Assembly: GCF_947568905.1 (NCBI RefSeq)
Contig: NC_079165.1
Coordinates: 14,818,001-14,882,000, forward strand
DNA from: Ostrea edulis
Lineage: Eukaryota
Direction: 5' to 3'
Length of the DNA stretch: 64,000 nucleotides
Part shown: positions 41,901 through 56,900 of the stretch, piece by piece
How the letters are laid out: the number at the start of each line of letters is the position of its first letter
How positions within the stretch are numbered: the first letter of the stretch is position 1
The notes under the pieces: model-generated
What the model saw: the letters and a program-made list of their open reading frames with translations, nothing else
Told to the model about the DNA's origin: nothing
The model's database searches: none
Program-made: the position numbers and the translations under genes

Positions 41901-44900
41901 GAAGTTTGAATCTTTTCGTTTAGAGAGCCCTCATTCAACTTCACAACACTCACTGTCTATGCTGAGTATCACCTGAATTTTAGGCCATAACAAGCACTTT
42001 CAAACTTTTTTTTCTTGACCTTATCCAAATGAGCATTACTCAATCATGTACTGTACTTCTCATCTGTTATAATTTTTGTTGGTATGTTGTACATTGAATA
42101 CAGTATAAAATGGTCATAAAAGTGTGTATAAAAGATAAATGCTAAATGTAGGTAAATACAATCACTTTTGTGGCATATTATCACACTCTCTCACAAGACA
42201 AGACCTTTGTACCCAGGGAAGGTGAATTTTTAAATTTTGGAAAAAAGCATCACTGTTGCTAATACTGTCAGTACCAATAATGGTATTGTGTTGGAACATT
42301 CAAATTTTTCCTTACGTAGCAAAAAATTGCAATTCTAGTGTAAGGTTATTTTTAAAACATTTAACACCCTGAGAAATGTGAACTTGTAATCTATATATAT
42401 AGTCAGCCAAATACCATAATACACTGGACTATGTAGATACATGTAGGTCAATAATTTACAATGGATTATATAGTAGGTCATTAATTACAATGGACTATGT
42501 AGATAGGTCAATAATCTACACTGGACTAGTAGATACATGTAGGTCAATAATCTAGACTAGAATATGTAGATAGGTCAGTAATCATAAATGATAGCTACTA
42601 GATGTCATTGTGATGGCAAGCATTCCTCATAGGGGACATAAATGTTGCAATTCTACAGGACATCCTGCTGCAAAGAGTAGCTTTGATACCATTTCAAAAT
42701 ACATTACAGTGAAACCTTGTTAAACGTTCCCCCTTTATTACGTTAGTCCGCATATCACGTTGGAATTTCAAAGCATAAAACCATTTCTTAACAAACCTAT
42801 ATAAAGATAGACCTCGTTATTACTTTGTCCCAAGATGCCGGGACTCAGTATATTACGTTGTAAAAATCTGACAAAAACGTATAAACCCCTAATTACTCAA
42901 GATAATCAACCATTCACACCTTGACCGCCCCAGGCAGTCACCATGTAAATTTCCTGGTCTGTTAGGGGATTGGAGACGCTTGACTGGTCACGCTTCGATA
43001 GATCAAGTGACACCAATGCAGGTGAATACCCTGTATCGAAGCCAGTGATAAACAATTAGATAATGTTTATTTAGAAATTGTACTCTATAAAATTTTCTTC
43101 CTTTTTCATATTTTGATGATCAAAGAAATAATAATTTCTCAACCACATGCATGTTTAGCATTGTGTGATTACTTTCGATACTGACAGCTTTCGTACCAAA
43201 CATGTAGGACAAAATTTATCGTAACACAGTTAAAACAGCTTGGGTAATGGCTTGGACATAGTTAGGTGACTAATGGCAGTTTTCATGGGTAATGGCTTGG
43301 ACATAGTTAGGTGACTAATGGCAGTTTTCATGGGTAATGGCTTGGACATAGTTAGGTGACTAATGGCAGTTTTCATGGGTAATGGCTTGGACATAGTTAG
43401 GTGACTAATGGCAGTTTTCAATTAACAAAGTTGTCCGTTATTTTGACATAATAGTATGGGTGTTGTTAGATCTCGTCCTTAAATGCGCCGATCAAACTGC
43501 CCAGTGTTATCAGCCGATCAAACTGTCCAGTGTTGTCAGCCGATCAAACTGCCCAGTGTTATCAGCCGATCAAACTGCCCAGTGTTATCGGCCGATTCGT
43601 GCACGGCATTTAGCTCAGTGAACAATTTAAAATGCCTTGATATCTTTTTTTGATGTGCACGTGATTTTAGTGCCATCATTTAGTGTTATAAATGTGACCT
43701 TAATAAAAGTGTATTATTATTTTTTAAAATTGGATTGCGTTTGTTCTCCGTGTTTATTGTTTGTGAAAAAAGTGTGTAAGCGTTGGGTATCGCGTGCGCT
43801 TTGTGTCGTAGTTTTGTTGTTTTTTTAGGTGGCAATTTTTTAAAATTGATTTGTATCGTGTAGTAGAGATATAACTTAATAAAAATGATGTTTTGTTATT
43901 TTTTGTTTTATGTACGAATGTTGGAATACAAACCGGAACGAGTTATCAGAAAAATTTACATGAACGCATTATGTTAAAAGTTGAATGAAATGGCGGAAAT
44001 GAAAGCAGATAAGCAACGCTTAGCGGCTTATCAAAGCATCCTTATACATCCTACACAAGAAATAAAGAAAAGGGATAAGAACATGAAGAATTACGGACAT
44101 TGAAGATAAGATGTAAATAAATCAAGTGTCATAGTCTTTTAAACAAAGAAACAGTAGAGATATATTCACTCAAGGAGTATCAACGGAAGATATACAATTT
44201 CCAAATGATATTTTTGACGGATTTCACTTGCAATGTTTATTATGTTACCCCCGGTATTACGTTATTTTATCGTGACAAAATGAAAAACGTAATAACAGGG
44301 TTCCACTGTATCAATCTGTGATAACTTAAATCTATCATTTCTGTGTTTTTTGATCCCCCACTTCTGCATCTAAATTAAATTTTTCTCAAACTGGCAAAGA
44401 TGCTATATACAAAACTTGCTTAAAATTGATCACATTTCCAGAGAAGGTTAAAGAATGTCAAAAATGTAAGAACAACCATGACAGACAACATAAAAGTGAT
44501 AAAGACACAGTTAACAATAGATTACCTGTCAGATTGATAAAAATAACCAAATTAAACAAGAAACCAACAAGGTAGGTAACTCTTCCTCATCATAATAATT
44601 CAATGTACAACATTTCTGTCCATATCTAATTGATCTTTTAATTACATTTTATATGAGTTCAATGTAGGTTATTTTACCTCCAGGTCTCTCAATTCTTCTG
44701 TATCATTGCAGCAAAGCCCATCCTTAAAAAACATCTTCAATTCCTGCACTGCATGAGGGAAATTCTTAGAGCCTGCAGAATCATAAAATAACAATTACTT
44801 TGGAGACATTTATGTCAACCATATAATATTGTTGGGACTTGTGTCTGTGCTCTCCTTAAAAACATTACATAAAATTGTCAATCCTATTTAAAAACTCGAA

Positions 44901-47900
44901 ATTGCACGCAGAGTCTGAAATATTTATGTTAAAATTAACATCCATAGCATTTCAAAAAGTTTTACCTGATGGACAGAAACAGCATATTTATTTCATGTCG
45001 CAAGCAGCCAATAAATATAAATATTTTAAATATTTCCATCTGAGAAAAAGTTTTCTGGCATTCAAGTACGAGTAAATTGGATCAAAATTAAGAAAATTCA
45101 TGACAGAGAGTTTAGCGAAACAAACAAATCACCATGAAGGCCATTAACGACTGCATCCATTCCAAATGTCCCCCTCCACAGGAACTGGCTCTGCCTGCGA
45201 GCGTTGAGGGGATCACAGGGCCCTAGCAGGTCCAGTAGTTTCTTCACGGAGTTTTCTCTCTCCAGGGCCAGGATAAGTAAGGGGCCAGAACTCAGGTACT
45301 TCTTATGCTGATCCAATCTCTCAGCATCCTATATCATACATTTACATACATTGTAATGCACCACAGTTACAAGATTTCAATCAATGATAATTCATTGTTT
45401 ATCTAAATCCTTATATCCTCAAATAAGGAAGTTCTTTATAGCAGTATTTACCATGAACTTTCCTATATTAAAACAAAGAAGCCTCATGAACAGAATTCAT
45501 GCAAAATTGTCATTTAAAATACTTTCTTTCACCTATACACGATGTTAAAAAATATTTCATCTAATGCCCAAACATGTTTTATTTTCCCCACATATCTGAA
45601 CAATACTTGATAAAGGTTTTCTTGTACTGAGAAAATTTTCTTGAATTTTGAATGCACATGAATTAAGGGAGAGATTTCTATTTCAAGAAGTCTTTTTAAA
45701 AAATGCAATATTTCCGATCTTTATTTCTTTTTTTAAAACGGAAAACTTGTCACGACAACATTTACATATTTACCAGTTCCCCCTCCTCATCAATGAGACA
45801 GAGTAACTCCTCCTCCTTCTCGACGACAGCCTGCCTCAGTCCCACGACCTTGAAGCCCTCCAGCATAATCTTACGGAGAATCTTTGTCAAGTGTTTCTTG
45901 ACCGCCCGAGGTTTGATGACCAGGAGAGTGGTAACAGGCTGAGGTCCGGACAGCATGACATCGAACATGGACTCCGTCTTTACGTCGGTCTTTATCGAGT
46001 GAGATCTGTTGTTGTTTTTTAAATAAAACAATCACGTTTCAATACACAATTTCAGTTTATCAATCATACAGTTTTCTATCACTGACTTCATTGTATATAT
46101 TGGGGATTTTCAATACTCAATATTCACAAAACTGCAGAAAAACTTTAAGATTTTTTTTAAAAGAGTTCTGTAGTATGAAAACCACAACAGGAACTTACTG
46201 TTCATGCTATAATACTCATTAACAATTTTGTTTATTCCTATTTTCCATTGTATTGAAAGATTCTTTCACCTTTTTTAAAATTCATATAAAAAGTCAGACA
46301 AGTCAATGTATTTTGTCATTTATACAACTTCTTCAAATTATTATCTCAAAATAATTATCTTCTTAATTATCCGAACTTTTGTCTCACAATAATTATCTTC
46401 TTAATTATCCGAACTTTTGTCTCACAATAATCATCTATCTATCTGAAACATCTCTTTCAATCCAATTTTCATTTTCTTTAAACCAGTCAACCTCCACTTT
46501 TTAAAAAAAAAAGTTACAATAAAAGAATCGCAATATAAATTCACATCAGTAAATTGGACATTTTCACACTTGGCGTCTGAAGATGCATTTTGGGTAACCA
46601 AGTCTTGTTACAATACCTAGATCCAAATCCTTGAATGTGATGACGAATTTGAGGTAAATACATCAACAGGTGCCTTGCTGATGGATCGGAGAAGATTTCC
46701 TTGTCCGTGAAGAAAGCCCGGGCAAATCCATATGACTCCTCAGCATTTCGTGACATGACGTAATCTATGTGAGGGTCTTTGCCTTTGCCTGGCTGTGCCT
46801 GCGGAATCACTGCCCCCAAGCGACGGAAGGCATCAATCCCTCTCAGTGCCAAAACAAGGGCAGGTTCTGTGTATCAAAAATGTAAGACAAATTGCAGAAA
46901 ATTGTTCTCAGATATAACACTGTCAACAGATTTGTGTGACATAAAGAGGAATTTTTTCCCATTACATACGTAGAGAGGATAAATACTGTAGACCATGTAA
47001 CACAATGTCTGCCCACATAAAGACTTTTACAGTACACATTCCTTACTTCTGTGAAGTCAAGATTTGTAGATACACTTCTGTGAAGACAGGGTTTGTACAT
47101 ACTTATAACGTCAAATCACATGACTTCAACACTTTTTATTGTTTTTTTTTTTACCATATCCATTTTCAAACAAAAGGTAGTCAATGAATTCCACTTACTC
47201 AGCAGTGTACACAGATTAAATAGAAAACCATTTTAATATCAAACAAGAGGCCCATGGGCATAGAATCGCTCTTCTGATACATTGTAGAACAGGCAAAAAT
47301 TCTCACCAAGATTCATCAATTAACATAGTTTGATGATGTTAAGCCAAATAGTACCTGAAAATTTAAATGTAACTGTCCAAAAGTAGGTCACATCTCCTAC
47401 AGGAATATACAGGAAATGTTACCTGTCACACCTCATACAGGAATAGATAGGAAATGTTACCTGTCACACCTCCTACAGGAATAGACAGGAAATGTTACCT
47501 GTCACACCTTCTACAGGAATAGATAGGAAATGTTACCTGTCACACCTCCTACAGGAATAGACAGGAAATGTTACCTGTCACACCTCATACAGGAATAGAT
47601 AGGAAATGTTACCTGTCACACCTCCTACAGGAATAGACAGGAAATGTTACCTGTCACACCTTCTACAGGAATAGACAGGAAATGTTACCTGTCACACCTC
47701 ATACAGGAATAGATAGGAAATGTTACCTGTCACACCTCCTACAGGAATAGACAGGAAATGTTACCTGTCACACCTTCTACAGGAATAGACAGGAAATGTT
47801 ACCTGTCACACCTTCTACAGGTATAGATAGGCAATGCTACCTGTCACACCTCCTACAGGGCATAGAATCGCTCTTCTGATACATTGTAGAACAGGCAAAA

Positions 47901-50900
47901 ATTCTCACTAACCAAGATTCATCAATTAACAAAGTTTGATGATGTTAAGTCAAATAGTACCTGAAAATTTAAATGTAACTGTCCAAAAGTAGGTCACATC
48001 TCCTAAAGGAATAGACAGGAAATGTTACCTGTCACACCTACAGGAATAGACAGGAAATGTTACCTGTCACACCTACAGGAATAGACAGGAAATGTTACCT
48101 GTCACACCTCCTACAGGAATAGACAGGAAATGTTACCTGTCACACCTCCTACAGGAATAGACAGGAAATGTTACCTGTCACACCTACAGGAATAGATATG
48201 ACATGTTACATGTCACACCTACAGGAATAGATATGACATGCTACCTGTCACACCTACAGGAATAGACAGGAAATGTTACCTGTCACACCTCATACAGGAA
48301 TAGACAGGACATGTTATCTGTCACACCTCCTACAGGAATAGACAGGACATGTTACCTGTCACACCTTCTACAGGAATAGACAGGAAATGCTACCTGTCAC
48401 ACCTCCTACAGCAATAGATAGGAAATGTTACCTGTCACACATACAGGAATAAATAGGACATATTACCTGTCACACCTACAGGAATAGACAGGTAATGTTA
48501 CCTGTCACACCTACAAGAATAGACAGGAAATGCTACCTGTCACACCTCCTACAGCAATAGATAGGAAATGTTACCTGTCACACATACAGGAATAAATAGG
48601 ACATATTACCTGTCACACCTACAGGAATAGACAGGAAATGTTACCTGTCACACCTCCTACAGGAATAGATAGGACATGTTACCTGTCACACCCCTACAGG
48701 AAATGCTACCTGTCACACCTCTTACAGGAATAGACAGGAAATGCTACCTGTCACACCTCTTACAGGAATAGATAGGAAATGTTACCTGACATCAGAGTGT
48801 GTATGTTCTCCTTCCACATTCTATCTCCAACTTCACACGGAGTCACTTCCTTGGCCTGGGAGGTGGTCAGTCCAGAAAGCCATTTCATCCCAAGTAACTC
48901 AAATCCCTCCTTCAGTGGGACCACACTGGGCAGCTTTCCATAGGGAACCATACCCAAAAGTTTCCCTGTCGTTTGTGTAAAACACATCATTAAACTGCTT
49001 TCTTATTGATGAAATAAAAGTTACGTTACTTGGCTATAAAATTTCTCTGATGTCTTTGATAAGCAGAGGAGTAATTAAAAAATCTGTGCACTGAATACAA
49101 ATATCCCCGAGTTATTTATATTTGAGACTGACCCACAAAAATTCAGTTGAGACTGACCCACAAATATTCCTAAGTTATTTATATCAGAGACTGACCCACA
49201 CAGATTCCCGAGTTATTCACATCAGAGACTGCCCCACAAAGGTTAAAAAGTTATTTATATCAGAGATTGACCCACAAAGATTTCCGAATTATTCACATCA
49301 GAGACTGACCCACAAAGATTCCTGAGTTATTTATATCAGAGACTGACCCACAAATATTCAAGAATTATTCATATCAGAGACTGACCCACAAATATTCACT
49401 GGTTATTCATATCAGAAACTGAGCCACAAAGATTTACAAGTTATCTATATCAGAGACTGATCCACAAAGATTCACGAATTATTTATATTAGAGACTGATC
49501 CACAAAGATTCACGAATTATTTATATCAGACTGACCCACAAAGATTCCTGAGTTTTTCTGTATTTCGTGTCCCAGCAGTAAAAGTATCACAATTTGTTCC
49601 ACTTCAGGGTTAGTATACAGCTTTGGCACCACAAAGTTTGGATTCACTTGTATCTCATGGTCAATACACTGTAAAATACATTCACAGTCAATTACACGTT
49701 AAAATCCTTATTAAAACTTTATAATTCTTACATTGTACCTGTTGCATTTTTAAACCCACTTCACTGTATTTAAGAAATGAATATTATAGTTCTTTTCTTG
49801 ATGGCGATATCATAGGGAAAATTGGATGGAAAACTTCATCACTGCATGTAGCACATTGATGGAAAAGTTTTCCATCCAATTTTCCCTATAATACCACCAT
49901 CAAGTAAAGAATCAAAAGATTCATTTATTATCATTTAATTATCATTCAAATATTTGAAAACATCGAGTTTAAATAATAAAATATTATTTTGTTTTCAAAT
50001 TCATACGACATATCAATATACAACATGAAGTCAAAATCAGGTTTTCTTTGATGCAGAAATCAAACGAATTTTTCAGCCAATCAAAATCTCCGTAATTTCA
50101 TCAAGACCCTAAATATTAAAACATTCATATTATGCTCATATATACTTGCCTTTGAGAAATCCCCTCCTAGATTGGTCAATAACGCATCAGAATACCGAGC
50201 GGAATAAAACAGGTGTTTGGATTCTAAGCAGTGGTCCACAGCACTCTGCATATTTTCTGCAATTTTCATATTGATATGAAATTTATGAAACACTATTTAT
50301 GAATTTTACACAAAGTTGGACACTAATTTTGATGTAACCTGTACAAAACTTACCCATCAGTCCCTTCAATGTTAGCTGGATCATACAAGACTCGATCAAG
50401 CTAGCAGTATTGTGTGCAGCATTCTCCTTCTCCAGCAGCAGAAGGAAGCATGGAGAGATGGCCTCCGTATGCTTACTGGCAGCAGAGGGTACATCCTCAG
50501 CTGAGACTCCAGGACAAAAAACCCTCAGCAAATTATTATCAATACCTGGCAACAAAGATAAGGACGTAACATTTAATGATGCAGAATGTAACCAATTCTA
50601 CTCTAGACATTAAACATACTGTAAAAGCCGTTATTTACACTGGGAGTTAAGTACACATTTTTCCACGTCCAACATTACGTGTGGGGAAAAAATATGCAGT
50701 AACTGAATATGATATATATTATATCAAGTATTTATAACTATACACATGGGGAAAATTACGGGCTTATTGTGTGAACACATAATTATTGTAAATTTCCCCC
50801 ACACGTAAATAACCACTTTTACAGTATGCACCTTCAGTATCAAACTCTCTACAAGACTTACCTAGACAGGCCACCTTTTTAGAGGTCAGTCTCTGTCTCT

Positions 50901-53900
50901 TGACCCCCCTAATCCTGAATCCTTTCCGCTGACAGGAAGCCATGATGATACCAATATACTGAGGTCGTAGCACAGGGGAGATAACTAGAATGATTTCACT
51001 GGTTGTGGTGGCTGTCAATCCCGCTGGTGGGCGGTGTGTAGTGTGACTGTCTGTCAAACTGTGATGGGAGGAGACTTTCTTGGACTGCCCTGTACCAGGC
51101 AGGGATTTTTCTTCTACTAAATCAGCATTTGAGATATTCTTCTTTGTCCTCAGTCCCTTGGGACTCCCAGTTCTACAACAATACAAAATACTGAGATCCT
51201 GGAGAATTAATTATTTTTCAGGGTCACTTTTTTAATGATTTGAGAAAAATGCTGTCGTTTGTTAGGAACACTTTTTACTGTTTTTGTGGAAGAGCATGAC
51301 TATACGTAATCAAATGATCGACAAAATACAGTTTCTAAATCACGAGGGAGAATAAAGGTTAACTGTCCATGAATTTGCTCATCAAAAAAACTGTTCTCTT
51401 TGACAAAAACTTTACATTTAATGCCAAAGAAAATTATCAAAATCATCAAACATGTTCATGGGACTTTATTTTGCAGTTGAAGGCTTATCATTCTTTGTTG
51501 TACAATGTTCATCAGTGTTTCTTGTTCATTGAGAATTTAAATTCATGGGAATAAACAATGGAAATAAAAACCCACAGAATTAATTATTTTACTGTAATGT
51601 GGTTAAAATGAAAATCTTGCAGGTTTTCACCATGTTCATAGATTTGCATACAAAAAAAACCTGTCACACAAAACTAATATAACTTATAAACCATTTAAAG
51701 AATAGAGTACTATGTGTGTGTGTATGTATGTAAGAGTCTAATAGTCTGCAGGCATAACAAACCTTAGATGATCTTTCCTTGTATATGGTGTTCCTACATC
51801 AATCACGCCACCTGGTGGCACTCTTCCAGCAAACCAGCGAGTGAGCTCAGAGTGGACCCTTGCTGGGCTCCTGGGAGTAAACAACAAACACTCATCTCGA
51901 GATGCACCTCCATACATAGCACACAGAGAGTTAGGGTCAGTCCGACGGGCCAGCGCTGGATCAGTCGGTCCTACAGCATCTAGCCAGATAGCACGGGCAA
52001 AGGTTCCCCGAAGTCCCAGAGCTAAGACAGGCCCGACTCGGTTTAAGAACTCTATGTTAGACTGAACACGATTGGTCTGATTTGGCACATTTGGTTTATC
52101 AAGAAGCTCCTGAACTGGGTACAACAGTCTGACCCCTGATAAGTCCAGTCCCTCCTGCATAATCTTGTTAAAGATGCCCGACATTGCAGGAGGCTCCTGG
52201 AAAATCTTCTTGTACACAAGAGACATAGTAACCTGGGTGTCATAGTTCACCTCACTGTCACTTAGTCCATGGTCATATGAAGACTCCTCATTGTCCACTG
52301 TCTGCCAGAAGAAGCCCACAGGCGTGTTAAACACTTTTTGAGCAGCCTGAGGGTCAGGGTTCATCTGTATAAATGTAGACAGAGGCTTGGTTGTGATTAT
52401 AGGTAACGGCGCCCGGTATACATAGGTGGATGTGTCCTCTGGGTTTTGAGTGGGACAGCTGATGTCTATTGGGACCACGGCCTGTAACCAGGGACACACG
52501 GTATGGAGAGTATTAGTGGACAGGAACTTGGCGAGGAATTGTTGGAATGGTGAGTTGTTCTTCATTTCATCCTTAAGCTACAAAGTTAACCAAAGCTTGT
52601 ACAATATATACCACCCATCACAACGTACACTGCATATAATGTACACAGCAAAACATAACAATGTACAAAGTTAACCAAAGCTTGTACAATATATACCACC
52701 CATCACAACGTACACTGCATATAATGTACACAGCAGAACATAACAATGTACAAAGTTAACCAAAGCTTGTACAATATATACCAACCATCACAACGTACAC
52801 TGCATATAATGTACACAGCAAAACATACAATGTACAAAGTTAACCAAAGCTTGTACAATATATACCACCCATCACAACGTACACTGCATATAATGTACAC
52901 AGCAAAACATACAATGTACAAAGTTAACCAAAGCTTGTACAATATATACCACCCATCACAACGTACACTGCATATAATGTACACAGCAAAACATAACAAT
53001 GTACAAAGTTAACCAAAGCTTGTACAATATATACCAACCATCACAACGTACACTGCATATAATGTACACAGCAAAACATAACAATGTACAAAGTTAACCA
53101 AAGCTTGTACAATATATACCACCCATCACAACGTACACTGCATATAATGTACACAGCAAAACATACAATGTACAAAGTTAACCAAAGCTTGTACAATATA
53201 TACCACCCATCACAACGTACACTGCATATAATGTACACAGCAAAACATACAATGTACAAAGTTAACCAAAGCTTGTACAATATATACCACCCATCACAAC
53301 GTACACTGCATATAATGTACACAGCAAAACATACAATGTACAAAGTTAACCAAAGCTTGTACAATATATACCACCCATCACAACGTACACTGCATATAAT
53401 GTACACAGCAAAACATAACAATGTACATACAGTAAAACATACAGTATACACACAGTGAAACATACAATATACACACAGTGAAACATACAATATACACACA
53501 GTGAAACATACAATATACACACAGTGAAACATACAATATACACAAGGGCTGGGTATTGTTTGGAAAATTTCGATACGATATGCATTGCAATACAGAGAGA
53601 CGATATGCGATATGTATTGACGATACAATATAAGCACATTTACACTTAATTTTGAGCATTAAAATGATTAAATAATAACAAAAATAAAGCTTCACCTATT
53701 CTTTTTGTTTCATTTGCATTTAGTGTTAGCTTGAATTAATCTATCATAAAAGACAATTTTGCATGGAATTATTATCTATTTGCTTTTATCAATATTGTTA
53801 ACATATTTTTCTCTTCATGAAAACAAGGGCATATTCACACTCTCTGGCTTCAAACAAACCCGAATTGCTGATACAATGTCTCCCGCTCTAAGTCTAAGGC

Positions 53901-56900
53901 AGCAGAGGAAATTATTTTCAGGATGAATATTCACAAATGAATTATAACTTTATTTATTTGTTCATATATTTCTTCATACAAAAATTGCGACTGTAGATCA
54001 CTTTCAACTCTGATCACTACATACATCATTCATCGATAGATTTCTCGCCATTTTTCTGACAGTAAACTTTATGATGTCATCGCAAATGTGTTGTTAAATT
54101 ACTTGTACCACCAGAGCTTACGACCTCTGTTCCACAAACGTTACACTTTGGTTTTTTCAAGCTACAAATATGTAATATTTGAAAACTAAGACCACGGTAT
54201 CGTCACCACGTGCACACTTTCGACACATGTTTGCGTTGTATGCAGTCATGGAGCTAATGATATTTAGACAGTTCGTTCGTATATTTTCAATTTATTTGTT
54301 AACTCGTTCATGAAATCTAGCTGTAAGATACGTTAAAACCACTCTTAATATACCAAACGATACGGAACTCGCTGTATCGGTTATCGTATCGCTCAAAAAT
54401 ATCGATGTATATCGATAATCGATATACTGATCCAGCCCTAATATACACACAGTGAAACTCCTCAATACTGGGCCCCCCCTTTGAAATTGGACAATTTTGA
54501 AAGTCCTGGCAAATCTTATGTATTTCTTATATCCCTTAAAACTGGACATTGGTTATTTTTTTTTAAATCATAGGAGATACTCTCATAAAAACCAACCATA
54601 ATTAGTGATTATGTAGGAAGGCACAAGCTTAATTAAATCCCTGTTAATCAGTGACATGTGGTCCACAAGCTTAATTAAATCCCTGTTAATCAGTGACATG
54701 TGGTCCACAAGCTTAATTAAATCCCTGTTAATCAGTGACATGTGGTCCACAAGCTTAATTAAATCCCTGTTAATCAGTGACATGTGGTCCACAAGCTTAA
54801 TTAAATCCCTGTTAATCAGTGACATGTGGTCCACAAGCTTAATTAAATCCCTGTTAATCAGTGACATGTGGTCCACAAGCTTAATTAAATCCCTGTTAAT
54901 CAGTGACATGTGGTCCACAAGCTCAATTAAATCCCTGTTAATCAGTGACATGTGGTCCACAAGCTTAATTAAATCCCTGTTAATCAGTGACATGTGGTCC
55001 ACAAGCTTAATTAAATCCCTATTAATCAGTGACATGTGGTCCACAAGTAACTGTTCCTGTTGGTTTAATCATCCCCTGGATGAAAGAATTGAATGACAAG
55101 ATTATTCAATATTTGTTAGAATCTGTTTTTCTCTCCATGGATCTTCATCTTCGCTTTCAAAGGGGAGAGGAGTGGACGGCAAACCCCTGGCTTGAGAAAA
55201 TGCATGAATACCCATGAATCCATCTTCATTCATGAGTCCTTGTAGATCCTGAGAGTTTTAAAAAGGTGTGATGCAAGTAACTGTGAAACTGGAATTAACT
55301 GATCAGTGTAAATGTCATTTGACAACAAATTTTAGGCATTCAGAGTGTAAAGTTTCTTGGATTAATTACTAGATTTATTATGATTTTTTTTTTAATAATA
55401 AAGTAAAATTTGATTAAAGAAGTCTTGCATGTAGGAAGTATTATTATAAGTCAATATATAAGAATTTATAGCAAATATAGAGAACAGTACAAACTTTGGA
55501 AAAGGGGCATAACTCATCAGTTATCAGCCCCCCCCCCCCCCCCCCCCCCATCCCTTCTCTACCCAGCTATTTTCTTCAGTGCAATAACTGACCGGAATTA
55601 AGGAATTTCACTGTTTCTTAAATGTTAAATCTCTTATTTACAACACTCTTCATCAACTTACTAAGTAATATTGTTTTTTTTTTATATTTTCAATTATATA
55701 CACCACAATATTTAGAACTAATTAGCTATCATCAAATATATATATCTATCTGAAGCAGGATTTATGCTAGGTATTGACATATTCATTAATAAACCTATAT
55801 TAGTCACAATACCTTGGTTTTGGACTTTTTCTGCTTGTTGGGCATGGCCTTAGTGTTACAGTGCGGGTGAGGGGTGACAGCCACGACTAAGCAGAGGTTC
55901 TCATCCATCCACAGCTGTTGCATCCCCAGGACGTAGAACGGCGGGTAAAAGGGCACCTGTTCCAGATCCTCAGGCTTCTTGATGAGGAAGTCGTAATTCT
56001 CAGGGACCATTGACATTAACCAGGTCAGGAGAACAGTATAGGAGGCTGACAGGCCAAGACCTGGAACAACGAACAGAGATAGAAATCTCCATCATCCTAC
56101 ACATAGCCATACGAACATATACAAATAGACCTGGAATGACGAACAGAGATATAGAAATCTCCATCATAGTACACAGATATAAACATATAAAAATAGACCT
56201 GGAACGATAAACAGAGATATAGAAATCGCCACCATTGTACACATAGTCATACGAACATATATACAAATTAACTTTGATCTTTATATAAAAAATTTCAGGT
56301 GAGCCCAAGAGATAGAGAGTTCAGCCATTTCTAACAATTCAGTTGATCAAGATGCAAGATTATAACAATATTATAATACTGTATGTAACATAAGGGGCAG
56401 ATCTATAAAATTTTCAAAGGGGACGTTGCAACCCAATTTTGTACCTTTTTTGCCTCCCAAAAAGGGGGGGGGGGGCACCAAAATAACAAAAAATTACTAC
56501 TTTTGTTAAAATCGCTCAACCAAGATGAGGAGGAGGATGTATTAACCAAGATGGGGAGGGGGATTACATCCCCCCCCCCTTAACCAATGAAAGAATGTGG
56601 TTGCGATACCTTCAATAATATATAATACTCCTCTCAAAATTTTACCCTTTTTTTTTTTTACAATTTCAAAAATTATATAAGGATGGCTACATTTCTTAAT
56701 CTATGTGACTACTAGTGTCACTGTTTAATAAAACTGACTGTAAACCATCGTAATACTATAACACGTTACACAGGATGTAAACCAATACATCGTAATACTA
56801 TAACACGTTACACAGGATGTAAACCAATACATCGTAATACTATAACACGTTACACAGGATGTAAACCAATACATCGTAATACTATAACACGTTACACAGG

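Larger units (their letters stand above)
42707..44308. mobile_element. pogo/Tigger-like non-autonomous DNA transposon, 1.6 kb, TA TSD
   Basis: TA-CAGTGAAACCTTGTTAAACGTT ... AACGTAATAACAGGGTTCCACTG-TA; no intact transposase. Confidence 0.75.

Noticed and set aside
55029-55217. Plus-strand 62-aa ORF as an antisense gene
   Set aside because: It starts inside the repeat and is most simply the antisense of the candidate minus-strand exon; there is no other support.
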